DNA of 64,000 bases from Candidatus Bathyarchaeia archaeon (GCA_038882975.1 JAVZNE010000002.1:128001-192000); one strand, 5' to 3'; counted from the first letter of the stretch, positions 37,949 to 48,393 are shown. Notes: generated by a model not told the origin, from the sequence alone. Program-made: numbers and translations.

Positions 37949-38461
37949 ATGCGCGCACGCAACTACAGAGAGGTTAAGGGGCAGCCTTACACTAGAAGAG
38001 AGTTTGTTAAGGGTTTCCCCCAGCCGAAAATAACAAAGTTTACTATGGGGGACCCCAACGCCAAGTTCGAGTATGAAGCTAGGCTTATAGCCCTAGAAAG
38101 AGCCCAGATTAGGCACAACGCCTTGGAAGCTGCCCGTGTGGCGACAAACCGCCTCTTAATGGATAAGCTTTCAAACAATTACTTTCTGCAAGTTCATCCA
38201 TACCCTCATGTTATTCTTCGGGAAAACAAAATGATTTTTGGGGCTCATGCAGACCGCCTTCAAGACGGCATGAGGCGGGCTTTTGGAAAGCCAATTGGCA
38301 CTGCGGCGCGTGTGGAGCCAGACCAGACGATTATGACGGTTAGGGTGAACAACAACGGTGTTGAGGTTGCAAAAGAAGCCCTAAGACGGGGAGCCGCAAA
38401 GCTTCCAACACCATGCAGAATTGTTGTTGAGAAATTACAGGTTGAGGAGGCGAAGGCGTAA
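37949..38461 (+). CDS. rpl10e: 50S ribosomal protein L10e/L16
   Basis: ALEAAR, LRENKM...A.ADRLQDGMRRAFGKP.G. Confidence 0.97.
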   Translation: MRARNYREVKGQPYTRREFVKGFPQPKITKFTMGDPNAKFEYEARLIALERAQIRHNALEAARVATNRLLMDKLSNNYFLQVHPYPHVILRENKMIFGAHADRLQDGMRRAFGKPIGTAARVEPDQTIMTVRVNNNGVEVAKEALRRGAAKLPTPCRIVVEKLQVEEAKA

Positions 38462-40935
38462 TGGCAGGGATGAAAACAGACCTCGTGATATGGTTTGAAA
38501 ACCTTAGGAGAGCGGACATACCACTTGTTGGAGGGAAAAATGCGAACCTAGGCGAGATGCTGAGTGCCGGCATTCCAGTCCCTCATGGGTTTGCGATAAC
38601 AGCTTACGCCTACAAACGTTTCATTGAGGAAACCGGCATAGCCAGCGAAATCTACAAAATCATAAAGGAGACCGTTAAAGACCCAAACGACCCTAAGCAG
38701 TATGAGGAAGCCTCAAAGAAGATTCGTGCTCTAATTGAGTCTACGCCCATGCCTAAGGATATTGAAGAGGCTGTAAGAGCCGCCTACCGAGAGTTGTGCA
38801 GAAGATTAAATCTTAGTGATGTTTTCGTGGCGGTGCGGTCCAGTGCCACAGCTGAAGACTTGCCAGACGCGTCCTTTGCTGGGCAGCAGGAAACATACTT
38901 GAACGTTAGGGGCGAGGACGAGGTTATCGAAAAAACCGTTAAATGTTGGTCTAGTCTTTTCACGCCCCGTGCCATATTCTATCGCACCCAGAAAGGCTTC
39001 GCCCATGAAAGGGTTCTCATAAGCGTTGGCGTTCAAAAAATGGTTCACGCCAAAGCTGCCGGCGTAATGTTCACAATAAACCCTGTAACTGGAGACCCAA
39101 ACCAAATTGTTATTGAGGGCAATTATGGCTTAGGTGAGGCTGTTGTTTCTGGAGCTGTCACCCCAGACGAGTTCATTGTTGACAAGCAAACCATGAAAAT
39201 TGCTGAGAAACGAATTGCCACCAAGAAGGTGATGTATGCCCGCGATCCTAATACCGGCAAGACCGTGCACTTGGATGTGCCCGCTGAAAAGCAGAACCAG
39301 CCATGCTTAACAGACGAGGAGGTTCTAAAACTCGCAGAGCTAGCTAAAAACATTGAGCAGCACTATGGCAAGCCCCAAGACATTGAATGGGCTATTGACA
39401 GCGAGCTCGGCTTTCCAGAAAATGTTTTCATTGTGCAATCCAGACCAGAAACCGTTTGGAGCCTGAAAGCCGCCGAAGTGCCTGAAAAAAAGGTTGAGGC
39501 TGGATTAGCTAAACCAGAAGAGGCGTTAAAAGTTGTTGTTAAGGGCATACCAGCGGGCAAAAGGGGAATAGGCTTTGGCGTGGCAAAGGTTGTCCTAAAC
39601 CCTGAAGAGGCTGCAAAGGTTATGCGGAAGGGCGACATCCTCGTCACAGACATGACCAACCCGGACTATGTGCCATTTATGAGGCTTGCAGGCGCCATAG
39701 TAACGGACAAAGGTGGCATAACATGCCATGCAGCTATTGTAAGCCGTGAGCTTGGCATACCGTGTGTTGTTGGCACTGAAAATGCCACGAAGCTTATGGT
39801 TAGTGGTGAAGAGTATACTGTGGATGCGAGAAGCGGAGTTGTCTATGAAGGCATAGTTTCAGCCATGACTGAACATCCAGCGCCTACACTAGCCGGAGCG
39901 TCTTCTCAAGCGACTTTCGCTGGCGGCTTCTTCCAGTCTGTTCCAGTGACGGCGACAAAAATCTACATGAACCTCGGTGTTCCGGAGAAAATTGAGGATT
40001 ACAAGGACTTGCCTTTTGAAGGAATTGGGCTTATGCGAATTGAATTCATCCTAGCCAGCTACATCGGAGAGCATCCGCTTTACTTAATTGAGATTGGGCA
40101 AAGCCAGAAATTTGTTGATAAACTCGCAGAGGGCATAGCCACAGTTGCAAGGGCTATACAGCCCCGCCCAGTGGTGGTGCGCTTCAGCGACTTCAAAACA
40201 AATGAGTACCGAGAACTGAAAGGCGGAGAAAAATACGAAATTGTTGAGAACAACCCCATGCTGGGCTGGCGGGGGTGCAGCCGCTACATAAGCCCATGGT
40301 ATGAGAAGGCTTTCCGCCTTGAATGCCAAGCCGTAAGAAAGTGCCGTGAAGAGTGGGGACTGAAAAATGTTTGGGTTATGCTTCCAGTGGTGCGCACTGT
40401 CTGGGAAGCTAAAAAATGCTTGGAAATAATGCGGGAAGAAGGCTTGGAAAGGTCAAAGGACTTTAAGGTTTGGTTTATGGCTGAAACCCCTTCAATAGCC
40501 ATACTAGCCGACGAGTTTTCAAAACTTTGTGATGGCTTTTCCATAGGCTCAAACGACATGACACAAGGCATACTGATGATTGACAGAGACTCCGAACGCC
40601 TTGGGCAGATGGGCTACTTCGACGAGAGAGACCCCGCCGTAAAAAGGATAATAGCCCACCTAATCAGGGTGGCACATGAAAACGGCTGCACAGTCTCCAT
40701 ATGCGGTGAAGCCCCATCAAACCTTCCAGACTTCACTGAATTCTTGGTGCGAGCCGGAATAGATAGCATATCCGTAAACCCAGATGCCGTAATAGCCACA
40801 AAGAAGCTTGTGGCAAGCATAGAGCAGAAAATAATATTGGAAAAGCTTGCCGAACAACACGAGAGAGCCCTAGGGCGTCCAGTTAAAAGGCCGAAAGAAG
40901 ACTGGGAATGGACGCCTCAATGGGATGAAAAATAA
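38461..40935 (+). CDS. ppsA: Phosphoenolpyruvate synthase
   Basis: VGGKNANLGEM, SSATAEDLP.ASFAGQQ, phospho-His motif GG.TCHAAIVSRE and SIGSND. Confidence 0.97.
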   Translation: MAGMKTDLVIWFENLRRADIPLVGGKNANLGEMLSAGIPVPHGFAITAYAYKRFIEETGIASEIYKIIKETVKDPNDPKQYEEASKKIRALIESTPMPKDIEEAVRAAYRELCRRLNLSDVFVAVRSSATAEDLPDASFAGQQETYLNVRGEDEVIEKTVKCWSSLFTPRAIFYRTQKGFAHERVLISVGVQKMVHAKAAGVMFTINPVTGDPNQIVIEGNYGLGEAVVSGAVTPDEFIVDKQTMKIAEKRIATKKVMYARDPNTGKTVHLDVPAEKQNQPCLTDEEVLKLAELAKNIEQHYGKPQDIEWAIDSELGFPENVFIVQSRPETVWSLKAAEVPEKKVEAGLAKPEEALKVVVKGIPAGKRGIGFGVAKVVLNPEEAAKVMRKGDILVTDMTNPDYVPFMRLAGAIVTDKGGITCHAAIVSRELGIPCVVGTENATKLMVSGEEYTVDARSGVVYEGIVSAMTEHPAPTLAGASSQATFAGGFFQSVPVTATKIYMNLGVPEKIEDYKDLPFEGIGLMRIEFILASYIGEHPLYLIEIGQSQKFVDKLAEGIATVARAIQPRPVVVRFSDFKTNEYRELKGGEKYEIVENNPMLGWRGCSRYISPWYEKAFRLECQAVRKCREEWGLKNVWVMLPVVRTVWEAKKCLEIMREEGLERSKDFKVWFMAETPSIAILADEFSKLCDGFSIGSNDMTQGILMIDRDSERLGQMGYFDERDPAVKRIIAHLIRVAHENGCTVSICGEAPSNLPDFTEFLVRAGIDSISVNPDAVIATKKLVASIEQKIILEKLAEQHERALGRPVKRPKEDWEWTPQWDEK

Positions 40936-40987
40936 AGTAACCCTTCGCTTAAGCTCTCAATTTTCCATTATCAATGTTTTATAAAAC

Positions 40988-41998
40988 ATGTTGGTGTCCA
41001 CCTTGAAGATGTTCGATTTTGAAGAGGAAAGGCTGAAGCAGGAAATTGCCAAACTCGGAGCCAAGCGCGTTCTAATACAATTGCCAGAAGGGCTGAAAGG
41101 TGAGGCTCCGCGCCTAGCAAAAGTTGTTGAAAGGGCTGGCGCATTGCCAATCGTTTCCGCCGACCCGTGCTACGGAGCTTGCGACTTGGCAACTTCTGAA
41201 GCTGAAAGCCTTGGCGCAGACCTTATAGTGCATTATGGACACGCGAAGCTCTTGAAGTATGAGAAGGTGCCAACAATCTATATTGAGGCACGAGCCACCA
41301 TAAGCATAACAGATGCTGTCGAAAAAGCGCTGTCTTTAATGGCAAATTGGCATAAAATAGGCTTAGCCACAACTGTTCAGCACGTGCAAACCATTGACGA
41401 AGCAAAGGAAATACTAATCCGCGCCGGAAAAACCGTCATGGTTGGCGATGCTGGACGCCTAAACTATCCCGGACAAATTGTTGGATGCGACTATAGCAAC
41501 GCCAAATCCATAGCCGAGGACGTTGAAGGCTTCCTTTTTATAGGCGGTGGGCGCTTCCATGCACTGGGCTTAGCTCTCACAACTTCAAAGCCAACAGTGG
41601 TTGCAGACCCCTACGAGAAGAGAGCCTACCCGTTAGACGAAGAAATCCAAAAGGTTCAGAAGCAAAGGTGGGCGTGCATCCAAGAAGCCCAAAAAGCAAA
41701 AACCTTCGCGGTTCTTGTGGGACTTAAGCCTGGACAGAAAAGGCTTGAGGAAGCCTTAACCATTAGAGAAAAACTGGAAAAAGCCGGCAAAGACGCCTAT
41801 ATATTCGCCATTAGAGAAATAACACCAGAAACAGTCATAAACTTTCCAACGGTTGATGCTTATGTTAACACGGCATGCCCACGAGTATCCATCGACGTCC
41901 CCTCCAAATTTTCAAAGCCCATGCTAACCATGAACGAGGCGCTCGTGGTTACCGGCGAAATCTCGTGGAAGGAACTTTGCAAGAGGGGATTTTTCTAG
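40988..41998 (+). CDS. dph2: Diphthamide biosynthesis enzyme Dph2
   Basis: QLPEGLK, CYGACD, GQ.VGC, GG.FH and TACPR. Confidence 0.94.
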   Translation: MLVSTLKMFDFEEERLKQEIAKLGAKRVLIQLPEGLKGEAPRLAKVVERAGALPIVSADPCYGACDLATSEAESLGADLIVHYGHAKLLKYEKVPTIYIEARATISITDAVEKALSLMANWHKIGLATTVQHVQTIDEAKEILIRAGKTVMVGDAGRLNYPGQIVGCDYSNAKSIAEDVEGFLFIGGGRFHALGLALTTSKPTVVADPYEKRAYPLDEEIQKVQKQRWACIQEAQKAKTFAVLVGLKPGQKRLEEALTIREKLEKAGKDAYIFAIREITPETVINFPTVDAYVNTACPRVSIDVPSKFSKPMLTMNEALVVTGEISWKELCKRGFF

Positions 41999-42010
41999 AG
42001 ACGAAGCCAC

Positions 42011-42739
42011 ATGACAAGGAAGATAGCAGTTTGCCTAGAAGTTGGGTCAGAAAGTACAGGCGCCTTTGTTCCAGAGTGTCCTGGATGTTGGGTTTTCGGG
42101 CGCTCCCCAGAAAGTGTCCTTGCGAAAGTGAGGACTGTTGTTGCCGAGTGGTTCGATTGGTTAGAGAGGCATGGCGAGCGTGTTCCAGCCGAAGCAAGAA
42201 ACTTTGAAATAGAGGTTGCAGAAGTTTTAAGGGTGAGCTACAACCCTGTTGAGGCTGGAAAGCCCGAACCCCTCTTCTGGTCTGAAGTGGCTCCCGTCAC
42301 GAGGAAGGATGTTGCATGGACTTTAAAGCTTATGGAGTATTCTAGGGAAGACTTGTTAGAGCTTGTTTCAAACCTGAACAGCGAGGTTCTTGACTGGTTT
42401 CCTCCGGGGAAGCCTCGCACCATTAGGAACTGTTTGAGGCATATAGCCTATGTTGAGCCTTGGTACGTAACGCGTTTAGATGTTGAATTGCCGATACATT
42501 ATCCGAGAAACGTGTTTGAGCTGTTAAGCCACACCAGAAAAGTAGTTGTTGACTATTTGAGGAGTATGCCAAGGGACAGAATGCGAGGAATTTTCCAGCC
42601 TAAAAAGGACAAAAGCCCAATGTGCAACCTATGGACTGCAAGGAAGGTTTTAAGGAGGCTTGTAGACCATGAGAGGTTGCATACACGTTATATCGCCAAT
42701 ATCTTACAAGCCTATAGTGAGCTGGGAAAGGTTTATTGA
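42011..42739 (+). CDS. HicB-like N-terminal domain fused to DinB-like domain
   Basis: A.VP..PGC...G.S N-terminus, TI...L.HIA..E.WY and RR...HE..H. Confidence 0.7.
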   Translation: MTRKIAVCLEVGSESTGAFVPECPGCWVFGRSPESVLAKVRTVVAEWFDWLERHGERVPAEARNFEIEVAEVLRVSYNPVEAGKPEPLFWSEVAPVTRKDVAWTLKLMEYSREDLLELVSNLNSEVLDWFPPGKPRTIRNCLRHIAYVEPWYVTRLDVELPIHYPRNVFELLSHTRKVVVDYLRSMPRDRMRGIFQPKKDKSPMCNLWTARKVLRRLVDHERLHTRYIANILQAYSELGKVY

Positions 42740-42785
42740 GTTGTTCTAGAGTATTCTAATGAACCTTCAGCTGGATGCTGACAAA

Positions 42786-43367
42786 ATGAGTTTGCAATCA
42801 TCAAAACGGGACAGTGGGCAGCTGGTTTTGCCAGGTGAGCCCTTAGGCGTTATTGAAGAATTTGTTCCAGACGTCGGCACGTACGTTAAGGATGGGGTCA
42901 TATATTCAAAAGTTGTGGGGCGCTCCCTCCTAGATCTCCTCAACAAGCGGGTTTCAGTCTTCCCCCTAGTTCATGGAGCCCGTGTTCCAAAGGTTGGAGG
43001 CATTGTGATAGGGCAGGTTTCAAACGTTCAGACGCAAATAGCCACGGTTCGCATCTTTAAAATTGGGAAAAGGCTTCTTTCAGGATTTTTCACGGGCTTA
43101 TTGCATGTTTCTGATGTACATTTAAGATTTGTTGAATCCATGTTTGACATATGCAAGCCCGGCGACATACTTCGCGCAAAAGTGATAAGCGAAAAGAACA
43201 GGACTTATCACTTATCAACTAAGGATAAAAGCTTGGGCGTCGTTTACGCGTTCTGCTCCCAATGCGGCGAAGTGCTGGAACTGAAAGGTCGAGGGCTGCA
43301 GTGCCCGAGATGTGGGAAAATTGAAAAACGCAAAACAGCTATAGACTATGGTAGAGGAATCATCTGA
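42786..43367 (+). CDS. csl4: Exosome RNA-binding subunit Csl4
   Basis: VLPGE.LG..EEF, S1 domain, LGVV.A.CS.CG and CP.CG..E.RK. Confidence 0.94.
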   Translation: MSLQSSKRDSGQLVLPGEPLGVIEEFVPDVGTYVKDGVIYSKVVGRSLLDLLNKRVSVFPLVHGARVPKVGGIVIGQVSNVQTQIATVRIFKIGKRLLSGFFTGLLHVSDVHLRFVESMFDICKPGDILRAKVISEKNRTYHLSTKDKSLGVVYAFCSQCGEVLELKGRGLQCPRCGKIEKRKTAIDYGRGII

Positions 43368-43386
43368 ATGGCGGGGCGGGGGCAAA

Positions 43387-43668
43387 ATGAAAGTTAACAT
43401 TTTAAAGAAAACCGAAAACGAACTTAAAATCGAGGTTGAGGGGGCTGGTCACACCATATGCAACCTTCTCCAGAAAAGGCTCTTAGAGGACGAAAATGTG
43501 GAGTTGGCTGGCTATGACATTTCGCATCCACTCACACCAGTTCCAGTCATCTATGTTCGGACAAAGGGCAATGTAAAACCTGAAAAGGTATTGCTAAAGG
43601 CTTTGGAAAAAGCCCGTGAAATGAATGAGGAGTTTGGTAAAGCCCTCCAAAAAGCCCTCAAAAAGTGA
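43387..43668 (+). CDS. rpoL: RNA polymerase subunit L (Rpo11)
   Basis: GHT..NLL...L and AGY...HPL. Confidence 0.93.
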   Translation: MKVNILKKTENELKIEVEGAGHTICNLLQKRLLEDENVELAGYDISHPLTPVPVIYVRTKGNVKPEKVLLKALEKAREMNEEFGKALQKALKK

Positions 43669-44047
43669 TTCTATTCCTTATTGTGGATAGTAGCTGGATG
43701 AAGCCTTCCACAGAATTCTCGGCCCTGCATAATATTTCCACGCACTCATTTAGTTGCATACGTCCACAAAGCCAAGCATAAACTATTAGGGCTTCAGCCG
43801 CATCAGCCATCATATGGCTTGAAACTCTTGCTGGCATGTGTTCCCTTAAACCAGCTTTTTTAAAGGCTTCTGCCAGCACTGTTCCCCTGACCTTTGCTCC
43901 GTGTGGCTGACCCTTTTTCATTGACAACGCTAATGAGTAAGCAAAGTTTATGTACGCATCGCCCAAAGCCGCCAACCTACGGTCTGTAAGAACCTCCCTT
44001 AAGCTTCTGTAAGGCTTCGTAAAGGGAAACGGCTTGTTCCTCATCAA
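43658..44047 (-). CDS. Archaeal stand-alone ribonuclease III-family domain protein
   Basis: LAALGDAYINF and ADAAEALI. Confidence 0.82.
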   Translation of the reverse strand: MMRNKPFPFTKPYRSLREVLTDRRLAALGDAYINFAYSLALSMKKGQPHGAKVRGTVLAEAFKKAGLREHMPARVSSHMMADAAEALIVYAWLCGRMQLNECVEILCRAENSVEGFIQLLSTIRNRITF

Positions 44048-44132
44048 TTCTTAACCCTTAAAGGCTCTTGTGGCTTTAGCAATTTATATTTAAGTACAAC
44101 CTCCTATCTATGTTCGTTTTGGTGTAAGCTGT

Positions 44133-45260
44133 ATGGCTGGAGAGGGGGGCTGCAAGGCTGAGCGCATCAAAATTTCTAAGGAAGCCTTACGGGAATATCT
44201 TTCCAGCTTATATGGCTGTAAAGTGGAGATCCTTGGCGTTTGGAGGCTTGGCGAGGAAAAAGCTGAAGGCTTTGAAGATTTGAAGGGTTTTGGTTATGGC
44301 GTCCCATACGTTATCGAGTTTCGTGCTAAGGGTGAGGTTAAGCGGGCTGTGTTGGAAACGATGCGTACAAATGGTTTTGGTCATGATTTTCCATCGGACC
44401 GTGCGCAAGTCCTTCTTTGGCAGCACAGCGCCTTTAACAAGTTGAATAGGCATGTACGTTCTCTGGATGTTGGCGTCTTCACCGTTGATGGCAGGAAGCT
44501 AAAGTCTCTGGGCGACGCTGGAGAGTTCTTCATCCTAACAGAATTTGTGGAAGGCTTACCCTACCATTGCGATTTAGACAGAATTAAGGAAACTGGCAGA
44601 CTAACGGATTTAGACGAAGAAAGATGCCTAGCTCTCTCCGATTATTTGGTTGAAATCCACTCAGTAAAGAGAAAAGATGCGCCTCACCTTTATGTAAGGA
44701 GGCTTAGAGATCTTCTTGGACATGGGGAAGGAATCTTCGGGTTGACGGACAGCTACCCCAGCGGCTTAGACTATGTTAATGAAAAGTTTCTGGTTGAGCT
44801 GGAGAAGATGTGCGTAGAGTGGCGCTGGCGTCTAAAAAGGAAAGCCTATAGGCTTTCACAAGTTCATGGGGACTTCCATCCTTGGAATGTTCTTTTCAGA
44901 GAAGGCTTAGACTTCACGGTTCTCGACCGCAGCAGAGGCGAATGGGGTGAACCAGCGGACGATGTGAGCGCCATGACAATAAACTACATCTTTTACTCGC
45001 TGCAGGCTTATGGGCGGATGGATGAACCTTTTAACAGGCTTTTTCTGCTCTTCTGGCGAAACTATGTGGATAAGACTGGCGATGAAGAAATCTTAAGTGT
45101 AATTCAGCCCTTCTATGTCTGGAGAAGCCTTGTTCTTGCCTCGCCCATATGGTATCCCCACCTTCAACCTAATGTGAGGATGAAGATTCTGCAATTCGCG
45201 CAGAAAATGCTAAAAACCAAAACCTTCGACTATGAAGGTGTCGACTCGTATCTCAAATAG
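44133..45260 (+). CDS. Aminoglycoside phosphotransferase/choline kinase-like kinase
   Basis: Brenner motif HGDFHPWNVLF and LD...WGEPADD. Confidence 0.85.
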   Translation: MAGEGGCKAERIKISKEALREYLSSLYGCKVEILGVWRLGEEKAEGFEDLKGFGYGVPYVIEFRAKGEVKRAVLETMRTNGFGHDFPSDRAQVLLWQHSAFNKLNRHVRSLDVGVFTVDGRKLKSLGDAGEFFILTEFVEGLPYHCDLDRIKETGRLTDLDEERCLALSDYLVEIHSVKRKDAPHLYVRRLRDLLGHGEGIFGLTDSYPSGLDYVNEKFLVELEKMCVEWRWRLKRKAYRLSQVHGDFHPWNVLFREGLDFTVLDRSRGEWGEPADDVSAMTINYIFYSLQAYGRMDEPFNRLFLLFWRNYVDKTGDEEILSVIQPFYVWRSLVLASPIWYPHLQPNVRMKILQFAQKMLKTKTFDYEGVDSYLK

Positions 45261-45278
45261 GGTTTGGAGATATGCGCA

Positions 45279-45452
45279 TTGGATAGAGATTCAAGGTCCG
45301 ATGTGAAGGCTATGTTGAGGCAGATGGGTTATTCTGAAAAGGCTGTGAAAGAAATATTGAAATGGTATGAAAATAGCAGTTTGCGGATGGAAAAGTGTGG
45401 TGAAAGGGGTCTACATTCTGGCAATATCAGTCAACAGAAGCCTAAACGTTAA
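45279..45452 (+). CDS. Small hypothetical protein (doubtful)
   Basis: L..MGYSEKA..EI.KWY resembles a small helical motif, but the ORF overlaps the next gene. Confidence 0.35.
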   Translation: MDRDSRSDVKAMLRQMGYSEKAVKEILKWYENSSLRMEKCGERGLHSGNISQQKPKR

Positions 45453-45819
45453 GGTTTGCGCACAAAAAAGTTTTTCCTTGGGAAAAGGGTTTTATGCATA
45501 TGTGGGTTCAGCCCAAAAAGGCGTCGAAAAGCGTTTGATTAGGCACTTTAGAAGGGCTTGTAAGAAGCGTTTTTGGCACATCGACTACTTACTCGCGATG
45601 GACGACGTAAGCGTAGTGAAGGCTTTTTACAAAGAGGCTGGAAAATCAGAAGAGTGTGTGACCGCGCAAGTTCTCAAGGCTGTTGGCTCTCCGGTTGAGG
45701 GGTTTGGCTGCTCCGATTGTAGGTGTGGGAGCCACCTTTTTGGTTTTAACAGCCTCAGCCATCTGGAAGGTGCATGCCTAAAATTGGGTTTTAAGCCCTT
45801 TGCCCTACCTTGCCAGTGA
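45400..45819 (+). CDS. GIY-YIG (Uri) nuclease, DUF123 family
   Basis: GVY.L, G.YAYVGSA, R..RH, WHIDYL and GFG.SDC.C.SHL. Confidence 0.88.
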   Translation: MKGVYILAISVNRSLNVKVCAQKSFSLGKGFYAYVGSAQKGVEKRLIRHFRRACKKRFWHIDYLLAMDDVSVVKAFYKEAGKSEECVTAQVLKAVGSPVEGFGCSDCRCGSHLFGFNSLSHLEGACLKLGFKPFALPCQ

Positions 45820-46581
45820 ATCGCCATATTGAGAAACATCTGTTTTTTGGAGGATTTCTCTTCTCTTGACAACTTCTTCAAAGCTCATGTAGTCTCCACC
45901 GACTATTTTCAGTTTAGCCTCCACCATCTTGTTTTTTACTTCTATCACGTTGTAGGAATTTAGGAAGAAGCCTCGCAGCCTTTCGCATGAAACGCTTCCG
46001 GCATGAACCACTTGCATGTCTTCTATTCGCCATCTCCATGGCCTATGGCGGTGCCCACATAGGACTAAGTCCGCCTTGGCTTTTACTAGGCTTCTTAGTA
46101 CGTCGCCAGCATCCACTATTGTTATTTGGTCTGCGCCCGTGTCTGGAACCGGGATTATATGGTGGTGTATCGCCACAATTTTCACATGGTCCTTATAATT
46201 TTCCAGCGTGTTCTCCAGCCAAAGGTTTTGCCTATGTCCCACTTCGCCATCATCTCTGTCAGGGCGGGCGCTGCTTAACACAATTATCACGGCGTCATCA
46301 ACTTCTGTTATTTGGTTGAAGGGGAAGAACTGTTTGAAGAGCAAATAGCCAGTGGAACGGTAATCGTGGTTTCCACTTATGTAAATGACGTTTTTGGCTT
46401 CCAAACGTTTAAACTCGTCTGCAGCCATCTTAAACTCTGAGAGTATGCCATTCTCGGTTATGTCACCAGTTATCACCACTGCGTCAGGAGACAAGGCGTT
46501 AATCTCATCCATGGCGGTGCGGAAAATCCCATAATTAAACATCGGTCCACAGTGAACATCTGAAATTTGAACAACCAACAT
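45805..46581 (-). CDS. Calcineurin-like metallophosphoesterase (Icc/CpdA type)
   Basis: SDVH, TGD, GNHD, HHH and GH.H. Confidence 0.92.
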   Translation of the reverse strand: MLVVQISDVHCGPMFNYGIFRTAMDEINALSPDAVVITGDITENGILSEFKMAADEFKRLEAKNVIYISGNHDYRSTGYLLFKQFFPFNQITEVDDAVIIVLSSARPDRDDGEVGHRQNLWLENTLENYKDHVKIVAIHHHIIPVPDTGADQITIVDAGDVLRSLVKAKADLVLCGHRHRPWRWRIEDMQVVHAGSVSCERLRGFFLNSYNVIEVKNKMVEAKLKIVGGDYMSFEEVVKRREILQKTDVSQYGDSLAR

Positions 46582-46691
46582 AAACGCTCACCTTTTCAAG
46601 CCATGCACAACAGCAACTAAAATAAATGTTGTGGGAAATTAGAATATTCGGGCATTTAAAGCAGAGACATCCTTTAAAGGGAGTATCAGAA

Positions 46692-47243
46692 TTGGGCGAG
46701 GGTTGGTGTGTTTGGGTTACTGGTCTGCCAGGGAGCGGCAAATCTGTTGTAGCAGAAATGTTAATTAGGTTTTTGCTTCAGAGGGGCATACGTGCCCAAC
46801 TTTTGTCTTCAGATGCATTACGTAAGGTTTTGACTCCCAAGCCTACATACTCGCTTGAGGAACGCGACATAGTTTATGCAACCCTTACCTATATCGCAAG
46901 GTTGCTAACCCAGAACGGTGTGAACGTTGTTATTGATGCTACTGGAAATTTAAGGCGTTATCGAGATAATGCCCGAAACCAAATCCGGAAGTTTATAGAA
47001 GCCTATTTAGAGTGCCCACTTGAAGTTTGCATTGAACGCGAGTCTCAGAGGGCTGAAACACGCCAAGCGCCAAGACAAATCTATGCAAGAGCCTTAAAAG
47101 GTGAAGCGCCAACCGTGCCCGGTGTAGGGCAGCCCTATGAGCCGCCAGTGAACCCAGAAGTTACAGTGAATACTGCCGAGTGCGCGCCGGAATATGCAGC
47201 CCACAAAATATTGGAGGCTATAATTGGCAGGTGGTACACCTAA
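46692..47243 (+). CDS. Adenylyl-sulfate kinase-like P-loop kinase
   Basis: W.TGLPGSGKS, VVIDAT, YLECPLEVC..R and YEPP..PE. Start moved to TTG 46692, which follows an SD. Confidence 0.85.
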   Translation: MGEGWCVWVTGLPGSGKSVVAEMLIRFLLQRGIRAQLLSSDALRKVLTPKPTYSLEERDIVYATLTYIARLLTQNGVNVVIDATGNLRRYRDNARNQIRKFIEAYLECPLEVCIERESQRAETRQAPRQIYARALKGEAPTVPGVGQPYEPPVNPEVTVNTAECAPEYAAHKILEAIIGRWYT

Positions 47244-47363
47244 AATCTAGAGAGGGACTATCAATTTTGCAGTAGCTGGCACAGGGCAAAATTGACATGG
47301 CTTTGAATGGTAATGTTTATAACCTAAATGTCTCATTCCTAGAAGACGCGAAGCGGAGAAACA

Positions 47364-48377
47364 ATGGGTCACAGGAAACAGCACGGTCCAAAACGCGGTT
47401 CGCTTGCCTATTTGCCTAGGAAGCGGGCTAGAAGTATTTTGGCTAGAATACGCTATTGGCCAAAAATAAAGGCTGAAACGCCACGGCTTCTTGGTTTTAT
47501 TGGTTATAAGGCTGGCATGACCTATGCCATAGTAGTTGAAGACCGAAAGCGTTCTCCAAACTTTGGGAAAGAGGTGATCCGTCCCGTCACCGTTTTGGAA
47601 ACCCCGCCCCTTCTTATATGTGCCATAAGAGCCTATAAGAAAACGCCTTATGGCCTGCAAACATTTTGTGAAGCTTGGATGGAAAACCCTCCAGAAGGAC
47701 TTGATAGAGTTTTAACCCTTCCTGAAAAATTTAACACAGAAGAGAATCTGAAAAAGATTGAGGCTAATTTAGACAAAATATCAAATATTCGTGTTATAGC
47801 TATAACCCAACCTAAACAGGCAAGCGTACCCAAGAAAAAACCAGACGTAGCCGAAATAGAGATAGGCGGAGGAACAATCCAGCAACAATTCGAATATGCA
47901 AAAAGTCTCCTGGGAAAAACGGTGAACCCCTCTGACGTTTTTAAGGAAGGACAACACATAGACGTGATAGCCGTCACAACCGGCAAAGGCTTCCAAGGAC
48001 CAGTAAAACGTTGGGGTGTGGCCATACTCCAACATAAGGGCAGGAAAACAAAACGTGGGGTCGCTACCCTCGGTCCATGGAACCCCCACCGTGTGCTGTA
48101 CACGGTTCCCCGCGCTGGGCAGATGGGTTTCCATCAAAGAACAGAATATAACAAGCGAGTTTTGAAGATTGGCAAGGATGGCAAAGAAGTAACACCGAAA
48201 GGCGGATTCATACGCTATGGCATCGTCCGCGGACCCTACATGCTCATAGAGGGAAGCATACCTGGACCAGAAAAGCGTCCCATAAAACTGCGCTACCCAG
48301 CAAGACCGCCAAGAGAAGCCCCAGAAGAGCCCCCACAGATAACATACTTGTCCTTAGAGTCTCCGCAGGGAAAGTAG
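47364..48377 (+). CDS. rpl3: 50S ribosomal protein L3
   Basis: P.RGSL, GYKAGMT, GKGFQGPVKRWG and AGQMGFHQRTEYNKR. Confidence 0.98.
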   Translation: MGHRKQHGPKRGSLAYLPRKRARSILARIRYWPKIKAETPRLLGFIGYKAGMTYAIVVEDRKRSPNFGKEVIRPVTVLETPPLLICAIRAYKKTPYGLQTFCEAWMENPPEGLDRVLTLPEKFNTEENLKKIEANLDKISNIRVIAITQPKQASVPKKKPDVAEIEIGGGTIQQQFEYAKSLLGKTVNPSDVFKEGQHIDVIAVTTGKGFQGPVKRWGVAILQHKGRKTKRGVATLGPWNPHRVLYTVPRAGQMGFHQRTEYNKRVLKIGKDGKEVTPKGGFIRYGIVRGPYMLIEGSIPGPEKRPIKLRYPARPPREAPEEPPQITYLSLESPQGK

Positions 48378-48393
48378 GAACGGTGAAAGGTTT

